Virus record (IMG/VR): IMGVR_UViG_3300025138_000029
Source of the DNA: an uncultured virus (IMG/VR IMGVR_UViG_3300025138_000029)
Lineage: Duplodnaviria; Heunggongvirae; Uroviricota; Caudoviricetes
DNA length: 64,000 nt
Strand: one strand, 5' to 3'
Shown in pieces: positions 28,843 through 40,400 of the stretch. The notes beneath the pieces were generated by a model. It saw nothing but the letters and a program-made list of their open reading frames with translations. It was not told the origin of the DNA and ran no database searches. How positions within the stretch are numbered: position 1 is the stretch's first letter; the number at the start of each line of letters is the position of its first letter. A program made the translations under genes and the position numbers.

Positions 28843-29331
28843 ATGGCAGACTTATTAATGAAAATGCCCGTTCCCTATGAACCAAAAAGGAAGAATCGAT
28901 TTATACTATCGTTTCCATCATCATTGGGTATTAATTCTTGGTATGTTGAGTCTACATCAAGACCTAACATCCAAATCGGGTCAACAGAAATTCCTTTTTT
29001 AAATACATCCACATATGTGGCTGGTAGATTCGTGTGGAACACGATAAACGTTACATTCCGTGACCCAATTGGTCCATCCGCCTCACAAGCTTTAATGGAG
29101 TGGGTTAGATTACATTCAGAGTCCGTAACAGGTCGTATGGGGTATGCAGCAGGATACAAGAAAGACTTAGACTTAGAAATGTTAGACCCAACAGGAGTTG
29201 CAGTTGAAAAATGGATTCTACAAGGAACCTTCTTAACTGATGTTAATTTTGATAGTTTAGGGTATGGTGATGATGCACTTGCTACGATTACAGCGACATT
29301 ACGTCCTGATAGATGTATTTTGGTATACTAA
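28843..29331 (+). CDS. Tail tube protein (gp19-like)
   Basis: EPKRKNRF, YVAGRFVWNTINVTFRD, W.L.G.F, L.Y; size and position. Confidence 0.88.
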   Translation: MADLLMKMPVPYEPKRKNRFILSFPSSLGINSWYVESTSRPNIQIGSTEIPFLNTSTYVAGRFVWNTINVTFRDPIGPSASQALMEWVRLHSESVTGRMGYAAGYKKDLDLEMLDPTGVAVEKWILQGTFLTDVNFDSLGYGDDALATITATLRPDRCILVY

Positions 29332-29373
29332 TATAAAACAAGTATTGATTATAGAACAATAGATTATATATTT

Positions 29374-29410
29374 AAGACCATAGGAGTTATAATACTTCTA
29401 TGGTTTTTTA
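29374..29410 (+). terminator. Intrinsic terminator after the tail tube gene
   Basis: AAGACCATAGGAGT-tataat-ACTTCTATGGTTTT followed by further T. Confidence 0.8.
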
Positions 29411-29425
29411 TTTTAATTAACAATT

Positions 29426-30175
29426 ATGGACCAAGGAAAACAATACGGACAAGCTAATATGGACTTACCACACGATGTGGTACCATTACCATCGCAAGGG
29501 ATATTCTACGTAAATAAGAAAAAATCTCTTAAAGTTGGGTATTTAACTGCTCAAGATGAAAATATATTATTATCATCTTCAGGGGACAAGAATTTAGTTA
29601 CTACATTACTAAAGAATAAAATTTACGAACCAGACTTCAATATCAATGATATACTTGATGGAGATGCGGAAGCTATCTTAATATTTTTAAGAAATACAGC
29701 ATTTGGTCCTGAATATAATTTTAAATTAAAAGACCCAAAAACTAAAAAAGATTTTGACGCGACTATTTTATTAGACGAATTAAATATCTTACAACCAAAA
29801 ATTAAACCAAATAATAAAGGATTATTTGAGTTTAACCTACCAAAAACAGGTGTTAATGTAATCTGTAGACTTTTAAACGTAGGAGACACTACTGAGTTAA
29901 GTCGTTTAGACGAAAGTTATCCTGTAGGTGTCACAGTTCCAATTGTTACAAAAAGATTAGAAAAACATGTTGTATCTATTGACGGTGATGAGAACCGAGA
30001 AAAAATATCAACTTTTATAAATACGCTACCTATTATGGATTCTAAATTTATTAGGAACACAATGTCAGATTGTGAACCTAAATTAGACCTAGATAGAACT
30101 GTTATGGCCCCGTCAGGAGAAAAAGTGAATGTGCGTATCACTTTTGGGGCAGAGTTTTTTCGTCCTTTCTTCTAA
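29426..30175 (+). CDS. Baseplate hub/tail assembly chaperone (gp26-like)
   Basis: VPLPSQG.FY, LTAQDENIL, LIFLRNTAFG, C-terminal FFRP; between tube and tape measure. Confidence 0.7.
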   Translation: MDQGKQYGQANMDLPHDVVPLPSQGIFYVNKKKSLKVGYLTAQDENILLSSSGDKNLVTTLLKNKIYEPDFNINDILDGDAEAILIFLRNTAFGPEYNFKLKDPKTKKDFDATILLDELNILQPKIKPNNKGLFEFNLPKTGVNVICRLLNVGDTTELSRLDESYPVGVTVPIVTKRLEKHVVSIDGDENREKISTFINTLPIMDSKFIRNTMSDCEPKLDLDRTVMAPSGEKVNVRITFGAEFFRPFF

Positions 30176-30188
30176 TTATAGGAAAGTT

Positions 30189-30350
30189 ATGCTTGATGAG
30201 TTCTATTATCTAAGTAAACATGTAAATATGTCTTACTCAGACCTACAAATTATGCCTACATATGAGAGAAAATTCTTTATTGACAAGTTATCATCCGAAT
30301 TCGCTAAAAAAAATGAGGAGATTGAAAAACAAAGACAAAAATCTCGGTAA
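30189..30350 (+). CDS. Small tail-assembly protein (frame open from before 30129)
   Basis: EFYYL....MSYSDL..MPTYERKFFI pattern typical of the second chaperone ORF before a tape measure gene. Confidence 0.65.
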   Translation: MLDEFYYLSKHVNMSYSDLQIMPTYERKFFIDKLSSEFAKKNEEIEKQRQKSR

Positions 30351-30375
30351 ACGATATTTATAGTAAAACTATTTT

Positions 30376-32310
30376 ATGTTTCAATCAAATAATTCAGGTT
30401 CAGGAAGTATTAGTGATGATGTAAAAAACATCAATACTCAAATAGATTTAGCTAATATTGGACTAAAGAGTTTCACTAAAAGATTAATGGAGAGTGTAAC
30501 TGATGTTAAATCGGTTATACAAGATGTTGGTGGATACAACACAAAAGCCGCTCAAGCGGTTAGAGAGTCAATAGGTCAAACTAGAATTGTTAGTGACGAA
30601 ATACAGAGAATGTCCGCTAACGCCGCTAAAACAACATTAGGTATTGGTGTCACTATAGAAGATAATATTAGTTTATTTGCAGCATTGAATAATTCAATGA
30701 TGAGAACAACTTTTTTTACCGATGAACAAGTTGTTAGATTTCAAGCCTTAGGTCAAATTGCTAATATGACTTCAACTGAATTAGCTACAATGGCTACTTC
30801 ATTTGATACATTAGGGTATACAACAGACGAAACTCTTGACCACATGCAGAGTATGACTGAAGAAGCGAGGTCATACGGAGTAAATGTATCATCATTTATG
30901 AGTGAGGTTAACAAGAATTTAAAGTTAATGGTAACATACAACTTTAAAGATGGAGTACAAGGTCTATCAAAAATGGTTGCGGAAGCTCAAGCCTTAAGAA
31001 TTGACATGAGTAAAACTGTTAGTTTTGCTGATGAGTTAATGTCACCTGAAAAAGCAATTGAAACTGCCGCAGGATTCCAAATGTTAGGAGGTGCGGTCGG
31101 AGCATTAGGTGACCCATTCCAATTATTACATATGGCCCAAACAGATATGGAGGGTCTTCAAACAAGTCTTGTCGATATGGCAGGAGCTTCAGTAGACTTC
31201 AATAAGGAGACAGGTGAATTTAATATACCTGTTACTGAGATGTATCGACTTAGAGAGGCTGCCAAACTTGCGGGACAATCCTATCAAGAATTTTCAGAAA
31301 TGGCAATTAACTCAGCTCAACGAACTGAAAAATTAAAATTACTCGATGGATTTAATACGGTACCTGAAGAACAAAAAGAATTAATTGCGAGTTTAGGTAA
31401 AATTGGTGCTAATGGGACCATGGAAATAACGATGCCTGATGGCTCAATCAAAAAAATAGGTGAAGGGTTTAATCAGTTAGTGGGAAGTGATTATGGTGAG
31501 TTACAGAGTATGTTAGACGTTAATAATATGTCTGAAATAGACATTGCAAAACAGTCTATGGGTTATCTAAATGAAATCTCGAACGCTCAATCAGTTTTAA
31601 CTAATATGACTAGATTACAATTAGCTTCTGGTGATGGATTTACAGATATGGCAGGTTCACTATCAAAATCGAACTCACTAATATTAGATGCAATGAAAAA
31701 AGAAGGTGGTGAAAATTTGTCTATTCCTCAAGAATTAATTGATTTATCCGCAGCCATTAATACACAACTTAAAGTAACTCCAGAACAAGCAGAAAAAGTG
31801 GCGAATACTACATTTCAGTTTATTAATGATACTTTTGCTATGGTAAAATTAAAATTAGGTACTTATGATTTTAACGAACAATTTGATGAGATATTTGATG
31901 GACTTAAAGAGGCGTTAGAAAAATTAAATATAAATGTACCTTCAATAAATGGTTCAAATACACCTGAAAGGGACGTTCAAACAGGTAATACACCACCGGT
32001 TATAAATGCCCCTAATAGAGATGTTGAAGTACAAGCAATAACTACACCTGATAGAGATGTTGCTGTTAATACTATTCAAACATCAAGTCTTAATGTAACT
32101 CAACCTACTAATAATGAACCAGTACAATTAGCAGTAAATGGTCAAGTAAACCTAAATATTGAAGGAATACCTACGAACTCCCCTCTAACTAAAGAACAGT
32201 TAAGTACGTTACTTGTTAATAATCCTGACGCCATGGTAAAAATAAAATCTCAATTAGAAAATAGGTTAGGTACGTTAACCGACTTTAATTTAGGTGGAGG
32301 ATACGGATAA
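30376..32310 (+). CDS. Putative tape measure protein
   Basis: Helical A/M/Q/S-rich 644 aa protein after tube and chaperone genes. Confidence 0.65.
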   Translation: MFQSNNSGSGSISDDVKNINTQIDLANIGLKSFTKRLMESVTDVKSVIQDVGGYNTKAAQAVRESIGQTRIVSDEIQRMSANAAKTTLGIGVTIEDNISLFAALNNSMMRTTFFTDEQVVRFQALGQIANMTSTELATMATSFDTLGYTTDETLDHMQSMTEEARSYGVNVSSFMSEVNKNLKLMVTYNFKDGVQGLSKMVAEAQALRIDMSKTVSFADELMSPEKAIETAAGFQMLGGAVGALGDPFQLLHMAQTDMEGLQTSLVDMAGASVDFNKETGEFNIPVTEMYRLREAAKLAGQSYQEFSEMAINSAQRTEKLKLLDGFNTVPEEQKELIASLGKIGANGTMEITMPDGSIKKIGEGFNQLVGSDYGELQSMLDVNNMSEIDIAKQSMGYLNEISNAQSVLTNMTRLQLASGDGFTDMAGSLSKSNSLILDAMKKEGGENLSIPQELIDLSAAINTQLKVTPEQAEKVANTTFQFINDTFAMVKLKLGTYDFNEQFDEIFDGLKEALEKLNINVPSINGSNTPERDVQTGNTPPVINAPNRDVEVQAITTPDRDVAVNTIQTSSLNVTQPTNNEPVQLAVNGQVNLNIEGIPTNSPLTKEQLSTLLVNNPDAMVKIKSQLENRLGTLTDFNLGGGYG

Positions 32311-32372
32311 ATCTACTAACTGTGGTTATATAAAATTATATATCCATCTATTTATCTAAAAAGAATATATAG

Positions 32373-35300
32373 ATGCAAAGTCCATTATCATTTGACTCAA
32401 CTGAAAACTTTAGAAGGAAGTTATTAGTTAAAAATTTAGAACCTTACAATAGTGACGGTTTTACTCCTGCTAGTCAGCCAGGTCAGAGCCAAATAGATAT
32501 TAATGATATTGGAGTCATAGACTCTCAAGAAGTCGAGACTATTGGTTCAGGAGAAGGTAATTCATTATATATTAAAAACCAATACGGCCCACCAGGAGGT
32601 TATGGGGAACCTAAATCTATTGATGACGTATCTTTTATTAATTCAGTAACAAGTTTTAGTAACACACTTAATTTAAATATGTCCAATGGTGTACCCGCAT
32701 TAATTGGTAAAAGTGGTTATTATGATTTTATTGCATCTACTTATAATTCATTTAATTTACTAACGAGTTCAAATCCACAAGGAAGTAACGGTTCACTATC
32801 TCAAGATTCTGATTTAGCAAGAATTGCTGCGGAGTCACTAAAAACAGAATTTCAATATAGGGTTTCTGAAGAGACTTATCAACAAACAATAGGTAGAGTA
32901 AATGCCTTAGACGCCTTATCTGACCCTTTTGATTTACTTGGAATAGTTACAGGTAACAAATCAGTAATAGAAAGAGATTGGAAAATATCCGTACCAAAAA
33001 GTTTAATCGGTAAAGGTTTAGATTTTATTAGTCGTATAAGTGGAATTTATTCGCCTTACTCATGGATACCTGGAGATTACTTTAGTGATGTACCAAAACA
33101 GATGTACTTTAATCAAATAGCAAATAAAATAACGGGTTTATTTGATAAAAGAGGAGTTTTAAGGTTACCTACAGAAAAAACAGGAATGCAAATATTCTTG
33201 GATAATACAGGAGGAGGACAGAGGTCAAGATTATTTAAAGGTTTATCTATGAATAGGTATATACCTGATTATAATAAAAACTTTTTAACCGACCTATTCA
33301 CTAAGGTTCCTAAACAAAATTATTATGTAGGTAGTTCACAACAAGAAATGAAGGATATTGTCGCACCTGCTGAGTCACTACCCTTAGATAGAGATGGTAA
33401 TAAAACACAAACTCCCGTTTATGGGTATGATGAAATTGCTAAAATATACGAAAACGAAGAAAAAGACAATACGTATAAATTTGGTTTAAATCAGTCCTCA
33501 ACATATGACGGAGGAGGGTTACAAGGAGGTTTTACATGGGTTTCACCTAAATATAAAGATAGGGCGGGTCAAAAAGTTGGTGTTGGCGCCGAGTTTTTTG
33601 GTACTATAGATACCGATTGGAATGAACAAGGAGTTCAAAACACATTTACCGCAACTCAATCTATTGATGGTACAGGGGATTATACGTTCACTTCTGGTTC
33701 TATATTAGATAATACTCAAAAGTTAATCAATGCCGCGGATGAGGTTATAGGTGTTAGAAAGTTACAACACGTTGGTAACGCGATAGACCAAATATCTAAA
33801 GTTTTTCATGATGGGACAAGAGAATTAACTAAAGGTTCAAGAGTAATAGCATATAAAGATGAAGGAGGGGCTATTGTTGGTAAAGAGTACTGTAGAGTCT
33901 TTACCAAAGACACTCCGTATTTTTCTATGGCGGACTTACAAAAAACCGAAGGTATGACAACAAGTAATAGACGTTTTACTTATTCTGTTTTAGATAGTAC
34001 ATATAATTTAAATATTGCACCTATGAGAGGTACAGACACTACTAATTTAACAGGTAATGAGTTTAGTAGTGAAGGTGTTAAAAAATATATGTTTTCATTA
34101 GAAAATTTAGCGTGGAGAACATCACGAAAAAAAGGATTTACTTATCAAGATTTACCACATTGTGAGAGAGGACCTAACGGAGGTAGAATTATGTGGTTTC
34201 CACCATATGATATGAAAGTTAGTGAACAAAATAGTGCTAACTGGAACACCAATGAATTTTTAGGTCGACCTGAACCAATATATACCTATAATAATACGAC
34301 TAGACAGGGTAGTTTAAGTTGGAAAATTGTTGTTGACCACCCTTCCATATTAAATACTATAGTGGATAAAGAATTAGCCAATGAAAGTAATAATAATAAA
34401 ATTAACGGAATTGTTGATTCATTTTTTGCGGGTTGTAGAAAGTACGATATATATGAGTTAGCCTTAAGGTTTCCACAATTTACCTATAGTGATATATATG
34501 ATATAGTTGTAAATTCATCAGTAGGTCAAGAAGTAAAAGAAAATTTTGATATTATTAATGCTGACATACCAGGAGACGAAGATGTTACTGTTGAGGAATA
34601 TGAAAATAAAGTACAATCCACTGATTTTGATTTTGGGTATTATTTTCATAATGACGTACCTGGACCTCAAAATTCTACATCTACAACTACTACAGAAGTA
34701 TATAATAGTACCTTAAAAGGGTATATCGCATTACAAACAGAATATAATAATACTGCAAATGCAGATGAAAAATCAAACGTAGACCAATTTTTTCAAGATA
34801 ATGTATTAACAGGGGAAACTTCAGGAGTTCTATATAAAACACAATTATTTATTAAAAAAGTTAGTGAAGCATTAAATGCGGGTGCCACCGTTAGTGTATT
34901 ATTACAAGGTTCAGCGTCCTCACCAAATTCTGCAGTTTATAACAAGGCATTATCTAAAAGAAGAATTGATAGTGTAAAAAAATATTTTTTACCTTTACTC
35001 GATGAAAATCAAAAATCATTACAAAAATGGGTCGATGAAGGTAAATTAATCATACAGGAAGACCCGCAAGGAGAACAAACCAATATTGACGGAACCAACT
35101 GTACACAAGATTTAGTGGGTAATGATAAAATATATTCAGTAAATGCGATGAAATGTAGAAGAGTTAGAGTTAGTTCGGTTGTAGAAGTACCTCCTCCTAT
35201 TGAAGAGCCACCCGTAACTGATGAAGAGATTATTCCTCCAACAGTCTCTAATGATGTTGAACAAAACACACAACCGATACCTATCATTAAAAATCAAACA

Positions 35301-37130
35301 GTAGAAAAACAAAGAGAAGAAGTTGCTAAAATTATAGTTAGAAAACTATTAACTGAGTGTGATTATTTTAATTTAGTTAAAGAAAGTTCACCTATGGTTT
35401 ACGATGGTATTAAAGAAAAAATAAAATACTTTCAACCAGCATTTCATTCTACCACACCTGAAGGTTTAAATTCTAGATTAACATTTTTACAACAATGTAT
35501 ACGACCTGGAGACACTATACCTGTTATAGGTGACGATGGAAGACCAACAGAGTTTAATGCGAAAAACACATCTTACGGAGCCCCTCCAATATGTGTTTTA
35601 AGAATTGGAGATTTTTACCACACTAAAATAGCTATTAATCAAATTTCAATAACATATGAACCGTTAATTTTTGATTTAAATCCTGAAGGTATTGGAGTAC
35701 AACCTATGTTGGCGGATGTTAATATGTCATTTTTCTTTATTGGTGGTCAAGGATTAAAAGAGCCTGTTAATAGATTACAAAACGCATTATCATTTAACTA
35801 CTACGCAAATACAGAAGTATATGACGATAGGTCTGTTGTGACGGAACAAAGAGAAGATTTAAATAGAGAAATTTGGGAGGAAATAAACAGTAGTATACCT
35901 TTTGGTTCAGATAATCGACCAACAAATGAAGATATACCTGTTAACGGACAAACCATTGGGGTTAATCAAACTGAAGAGATTGTCACCTATCCAGGTACAG
36001 ATATTTCAACTAATAGTGGGCAAAAATCATATAAACAAATTATGGCGGATGCAATCATAAATGTACAAGATTATGCAAATTCTATTACTGAATCTTTAAA
36101 TGAAGTCGCAACAAATTACTCATTAGATGGTTTATCTTACTTTACAAGTGAGAGAAATTATAGTGAAGGTAAAATATTGGGGTATTATACAGATGGGTTT
36201 ACGGGGACTACTGTTACCACTGAGTTATTTGGAAAACCTCAAGAAGATATATTACAGAATAGAATCAATGATTTATTTGATGAGATAATTGACGATGTTG
36301 ATAGTGAAACTTCACCATTACTTAAAAAAATAAATAATAAGAATTTTCAACAAACTGACATTGATTTGTATAAGTTTAATGTAAAAAACGCTATTAATGA
36401 AATAAAACCTAACTTTATTTCTAATTATATGAGTGTTATGTCTAAAGTTGTTAATAATCAACTAAGTTTAATTAAAACAATAGATAAAGTTAATTTTGTA
36501 TTAACTAACACTGACGGGTTTTCAACTAAACCGAGAAATGTACAAGTTTCTATTAGTGGTACTTCTAATGTTGATAAAACATCTAAAAATGCAAATACCA
36601 CTTATGAAGAAATGGTAAATGATATGACTACTTTAGGTACTGATTTATCTGAATACTACAATCAAATTTTTGTTGACAACAATAGACTTGTAGAAAAAGA
36701 TTGGAATAGTTCATATACTTTTTCATTAGAAATTAATGAAGGAATTGAAAGTGCTAGATTAATGAACGCGATGTATCAAGAAATTTTAAATAATAAAGAA
36801 CAGTTAATAACTAAGGTACTAAATGGTAGAATTAACGGTATAAATAAATGGGTTAGGTATGTTAACAACACTGTGGACGGATTAAATAGCGATTATACGA
36901 AAGTATCTAATAAGACTGAAAGAGAGTTAAATAGATTTAGTAAACGCTCATCAGTAAAAAAATTCAATGACTATTCACCATTCGCCAAAGAAAAAGAAAG
37001 AATATTCCTTTATATTAATGTACCTAAGGACTATATTAATAGTACTAAAGATGGGTACTTTAACGAATTATACTCCGGATTAAATCAAGGAACTAAACAA
37101 GAGTTTAATGGTAAAAGCACATTCAATTAA
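32373..37130 (+). CDS. Large baseplate/tube-initiator-like protein with internal OmpA-like domain
   Basis: W....FLGRPEPIYTYNNTTR and PPICVLRIGD flanking GSAS...YN..LS.RR..SV...RRV. Confidence 0.6.
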   Translation: MQSPLSFDSTENFRRKLLVKNLEPYNSDGFTPASQPGQSQIDINDIGVIDSQEVETIGSGEGNSLYIKNQYGPPGGYGEPKSIDDVSFINSVTSFSNTLNLNMSNGVPALIGKSGYYDFIASTYNSFNLLTSSNPQGSNGSLSQDSDLARIAAESLKTEFQYRVSEETYQQTIGRVNALDALSDPFDLLGIVTGNKSVIERDWKISVPKSLIGKGLDFISRISGIYSPYSWIPGDYFSDVPKQMYFNQIANKITGLFDKRGVLRLPTEKTGMQIFLDNTGGGQRSRLFKGLSMNRYIPDYNKNFLTDLFTKVPKQNYYVGSSQQEMKDIVAPAESLPLDRDGNKTQTPVYGYDEIAKIYENEEKDNTYKFGLNQSSTYDGGGLQGGFTWVSPKYKDRAGQKVGVGAEFFGTIDTDWNEQGVQNTFTATQSIDGTGDYTFTSGSILDNTQKLINAADEVIGVRKLQHVGNAIDQISKVFHDGTRELTKGSRVIAYKDEGGAIVGKEYCRVFTKDTPYFSMADLQKTEGMTTSNRRFTYSVLDSTYNLNIAPMRGTDTTNLTGNEFSSEGVKKYMFSLENLAWRTSRKKGFTYQDLPHCERGPNGGRIMWFPPYDMKVSEQNSANWNTNEFLGRPEPIYTYNNTTRQGSLSWKIVVDHPSILNTIVDKELANESNNNKINGIVDSFFAGCRKYDIYELALRFPQFTYSDIYDIVVNSSVGQEVKENFDIINADIPGDEDVTVEEYENKVQSTDFDFGYYFHNDVPGPQNSTSTTTTEVYNSTLKGYIALQTEYNNTANADEKSNVDQFFQDNVLTGETSGVLYKTQLFIKKVSEALNAGATVSVLLQGSASSPNSAVYNKALSKRRIDSVKKYFLPLLDENQKSLQKWVDEGKLIIQEDPQGEQTNIDGTNCTQDLVGNDKIYSVNAMKCRRVRVSSVVEVPPPIEEPPVTDEEIIPPTVSNDVEQNTQPIPIIKNQTVEKQREEVAKIIVRKLLTECDYFNLVKESSPMVYDGIKEKIKYFQPAFHSTTPEGLNSRLTFLQQCIRPGDTIPVIGDDGRPTEFNAKNTSYGAPPICVLRIGDFYHTKIAINQISITYEPLIFDLNPEGIGVQPMLADVNMSFFFIGGQGLKEPVNRLQNALSFNYYANTEVYDDRSVVTEQREDLNREIWEEINSSIPFGSDNRPTNEDIPVNGQTIGVNQTEEIVTYPGTDISTNSGQKSYKQIMADAIINVQDYANSITESLNEVATNYSLDGLSYFTSERNYSEGKILGYYTDGFTGTTVTTELFGKPQEDILQNRINDLFDEIIDDVDSETSPLLKKINNKNFQQTDIDLYKFNVKNAINEIKPNFISNYMSVMSKVVNNQLSLIKTIDKVNFVLTNTDGFSTKPRNVQVSISGTSNVDKTSKNANTTYEEMVNDMTTLGTDLSEYYNQIFVDNNRLVEKDWNSSYTFSLEINEGIESARLMNAMYQEILNNKEQLITKVLNGRINGINKWVRYVNNTVDGLNSDYTKVSNKTERELNRFSKRSSVKKFNDYSPFAKEKERIFLYINVPKDYINSTKDGYFNELYSGLNQGTKQEFNGKSTFN

Positions 37131-37132
37131 TT

Positions 37133-37450
37133 ATGAGATACTGGAATAGATATACGGATTTTTTGGTTAACGGTCAACAGACTGTCGTGCCTTTTGTTAA
37201 TATACCATCTAAACCATCAGATAAAAGGTTTATTTTTAGAACGGGACGTAGTAGGTTAGATAAGATAAGTTATGAGTTTTATGAATCACCTTACTTTGGA
37301 TGGTTAATATTAGCCGCAAATCCTAAATATGGTGGTTTAGAGTCTAATATTCCTGATAACGCACTACTCTTTATTCCGTTTCCATTAACAAATTCTCTAC
37401 AGGATTATAAGGCGGCGGTAGAAAACCATTTCTTCTATTATGGCAGATAA
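37133..37450 (+). CDS. Baseplate wedge LysM-like protein (gp53-like)
   Basis: RLDKISYEFY...GWLILAANP...LFIP. Confidence 0.7.
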   Translation: MRYWNRYTDFLVNGQQTVVPFVNIPSKPSDKRFIFRTGRSRLDKISYEFYESPYFGWLILAANPKYGGLESNIPDNALLFIPFPLTNSLQDYKAAVENHFFYYGR

Positions 37451-40400
37451 CAAATTTTTTGGAAATGAAAACGTCTATGTGGATACCGACTATGATAATG
37501 TAATAGTTGTAGACCCAAACAAAGTCGTCAATTCAGACGGGACTGTACAGGAGCGTAATGTTAAACAAGAAAACTTAATTACTTATGCTAATTTAGAGGC
37601 GAGAGTCATACCAAGAACTAAATTGGCTATTGGTTCAAATTATGATGATAGTGTAAGAAATGTTGGTGTAGCACAACTTAAAGTTAACTTTTTAGAAGGA
37701 AGGTCTCAAAATCAAAAAGAACCTAATGTTAATTTAACGGGAGCAGATAACGAAGACCCTAAATATTTTGATACTTCTTGGACTGACCAATTTCTACCAG
37801 GAAAAAAAGAAGGTGGTTCAGAAAATGATATTTTTAGTTCGGGTAGAGGTGTCGACACACAACTACTTGGTATAACAAGAGTTAATATAAAAATGAATCC
37901 CGCCTTTGTTCCTACAGTTAGTATTGAAATGACTGACGTACAAGGTAGAGTTTTGTTTGAGAGAGGGGACCAATCTCCATATTCAATTTTTATGCATTTA
38001 CCCTATCCTATTTTTATTTTAACGGTAAAAGGTCATTTTGGTAAAGCTATTAAATTAGAATTAATACTAAAAGATTTTAATGCTAGATTTGACCCGTCTG
38101 ATGGTAGTTATAAAATTACTACTTCGTATGTCGCCAAATCTCACGCGTTTTTACAAGACACATTATTAGACTATATCTATACCACACCACATATGTACCC
38201 TAAGACTTATGAAGTTGATAATAATACTAACGGTACTGAAGATGGTACTGTGGGGGTTGATAAGATAGAAACGACTAAAGGGATGCAGAAAATAAAAGAA
38301 GTTTATTCCTTATATAAAGCAAAGGGATTAATTGATGATGATTTCCCTGAGATAACTATGAACCAAATGAGAATGAGGTTAGAGTATTTCAATAGGTTTG
38401 TGATGGAGGCATATTCAAAAGAAGATATGTCAGTTCTAAATGATGTAGTTGAATATGAAAAAAATATTAGTAAATATAGAAAAAAGATTTATCCTAGTCT
38501 TAATGAAAATTGGTTTGATACGTATATAGACCCATCATCTATTTTTATTTTAAACGACACTAAAAGTTCGGTGTTATATGGTTTTAAAAAAGAACTTAAT
38601 GAACAGAATAAAAAAACCGCCCTATCTAAGTTAAAAGGTATTATTAATGAGGGAAATCAGACATTAAAAAGTAGTCCTACATTTTATGACCCCGGTAATT
38701 ATATCATTGAAGGTAAGAAACATCCAGCTGAAATATCTGTTAATATTAAGAGTAGTGATTTAACTGAAAGACTTGATGACCCATCAAGAATTAATTATAA
38801 AACGACATATACTATACGAAAAGGAAGTGAACCAACTCCCGAAGAGTTATCAGTATTTGAGGCCGAATTAAAATCACAATTTGCCATAAGTTCAAAGACA
38901 TACTATATTGGTCCTGATGGTGAAATAACTGAAAATGAAGAAGGTTCTGTTTTAATTAAATTCGGTAATGTAATACAAGATAAAAACTTTTCCACTGGTT
39001 CTTTTTTAGCTAAATTAGGTAAAATTGAAAATACTTTTAAAGAAAAAAGAGAAACTATTGAAAAACAACTATCCGAAGCGTTAGCCAAAAAAATTATTAG
39101 TTCAGATATTGGATTAGGTTTTAATCCAACAATTAATAATGTTATGGCAGTTATATGTGCCAATGCGGAGGCCTTTTATCGTTTAATGGATGAGACTCAT
39201 ACCGCAGCTTGGAATGTTAGAACAGACCCAAATCGATTAAGTGCAATAATACCACCTGAAAAATCTTTTGGGGTGGACGGTAAAAATATGTTAGACCAAG
39301 TAACAGTTGACGGATTATCTGATACATTAAAAAACACTAAAATAGTTTATCCATGGCCACAATATTTTGAAGAAGAAGTCACAGAGAATGGAGATGCAAA
39401 ATATACATTAAAATACCCTGGACAACCGCAAGTTATTAATACTATAAAAGGATGGGATTATACTATATGGCCTGAGATACAATTTGTTGAAGAATATTTA
39501 ACAGCATCTTTAGAAAGAGATAAACCACAAGTTAATATTAATTACGGAAATGATAAACAAGTTTCTAAGTATATTGGAGTCAATGCGGTTGAATTTCCGT
39601 TTGAGAGTGAACCATATGTAAATGAAGAGTATGTATCGTTTTTCTATGAAATTTTTGAACGTACCTACTTAAGTTCCAATTATAGTAAAGTAATAAGAGA
39701 TAATAACTTTAGAAAAACATTATACAATGTTTTAGCTGATTTTGAATCGGTCAACATAAAAGAAGGTCTAAATAATAGCCCTGAATTAATGAAAATCTTA
39801 AAAGAATTTGGTCTTAATGCTTCCACCTTTAACTCTTATTTATCTTCAATTTCTAATAACGGTCAAGGTAGTTTTTGGGCAAGAAAATCAAGAGACATCT
39901 ATACACAAGATTATATAAAAGGATATGTTGATATAGATTTTGGTATCTATAGTTTAGAGAGTATGTCAACAAGTTCGACTGAAATTATTTCTTCAGTAGA
40001 ATCGGTAAAACAATTAGAAGATTATATTACTGGAAGTTCATCTAATTCTATAACATTAATGGATGTTTTTCCTTTTAATAATTTAAGTTGGCTACAAAAG
40101 AATACATCTAAAGGTGTAGAAGTTGGTAGTATAGACGGTGCGAATAGTACTACTGATGTTATGAATTTTAATATTTTAAAGAAGAGTATAGCCACGTTTG
40201 ATGACCAAACAGACAAAGATGAAAGATACTTAAATAGGTATTTAACATATTTTCAATATGAAAAAAACAAACCCGCGGCACCTAATCAAAATATCACTAA
40301 CTCAAGCGATAGTACTCAATATAATACTAATGACCAAGTTAAGTCTTATTATAATAATCGAGAAAATAAAGATTTTTATTTAACTGAAAGTCCTATAGAC

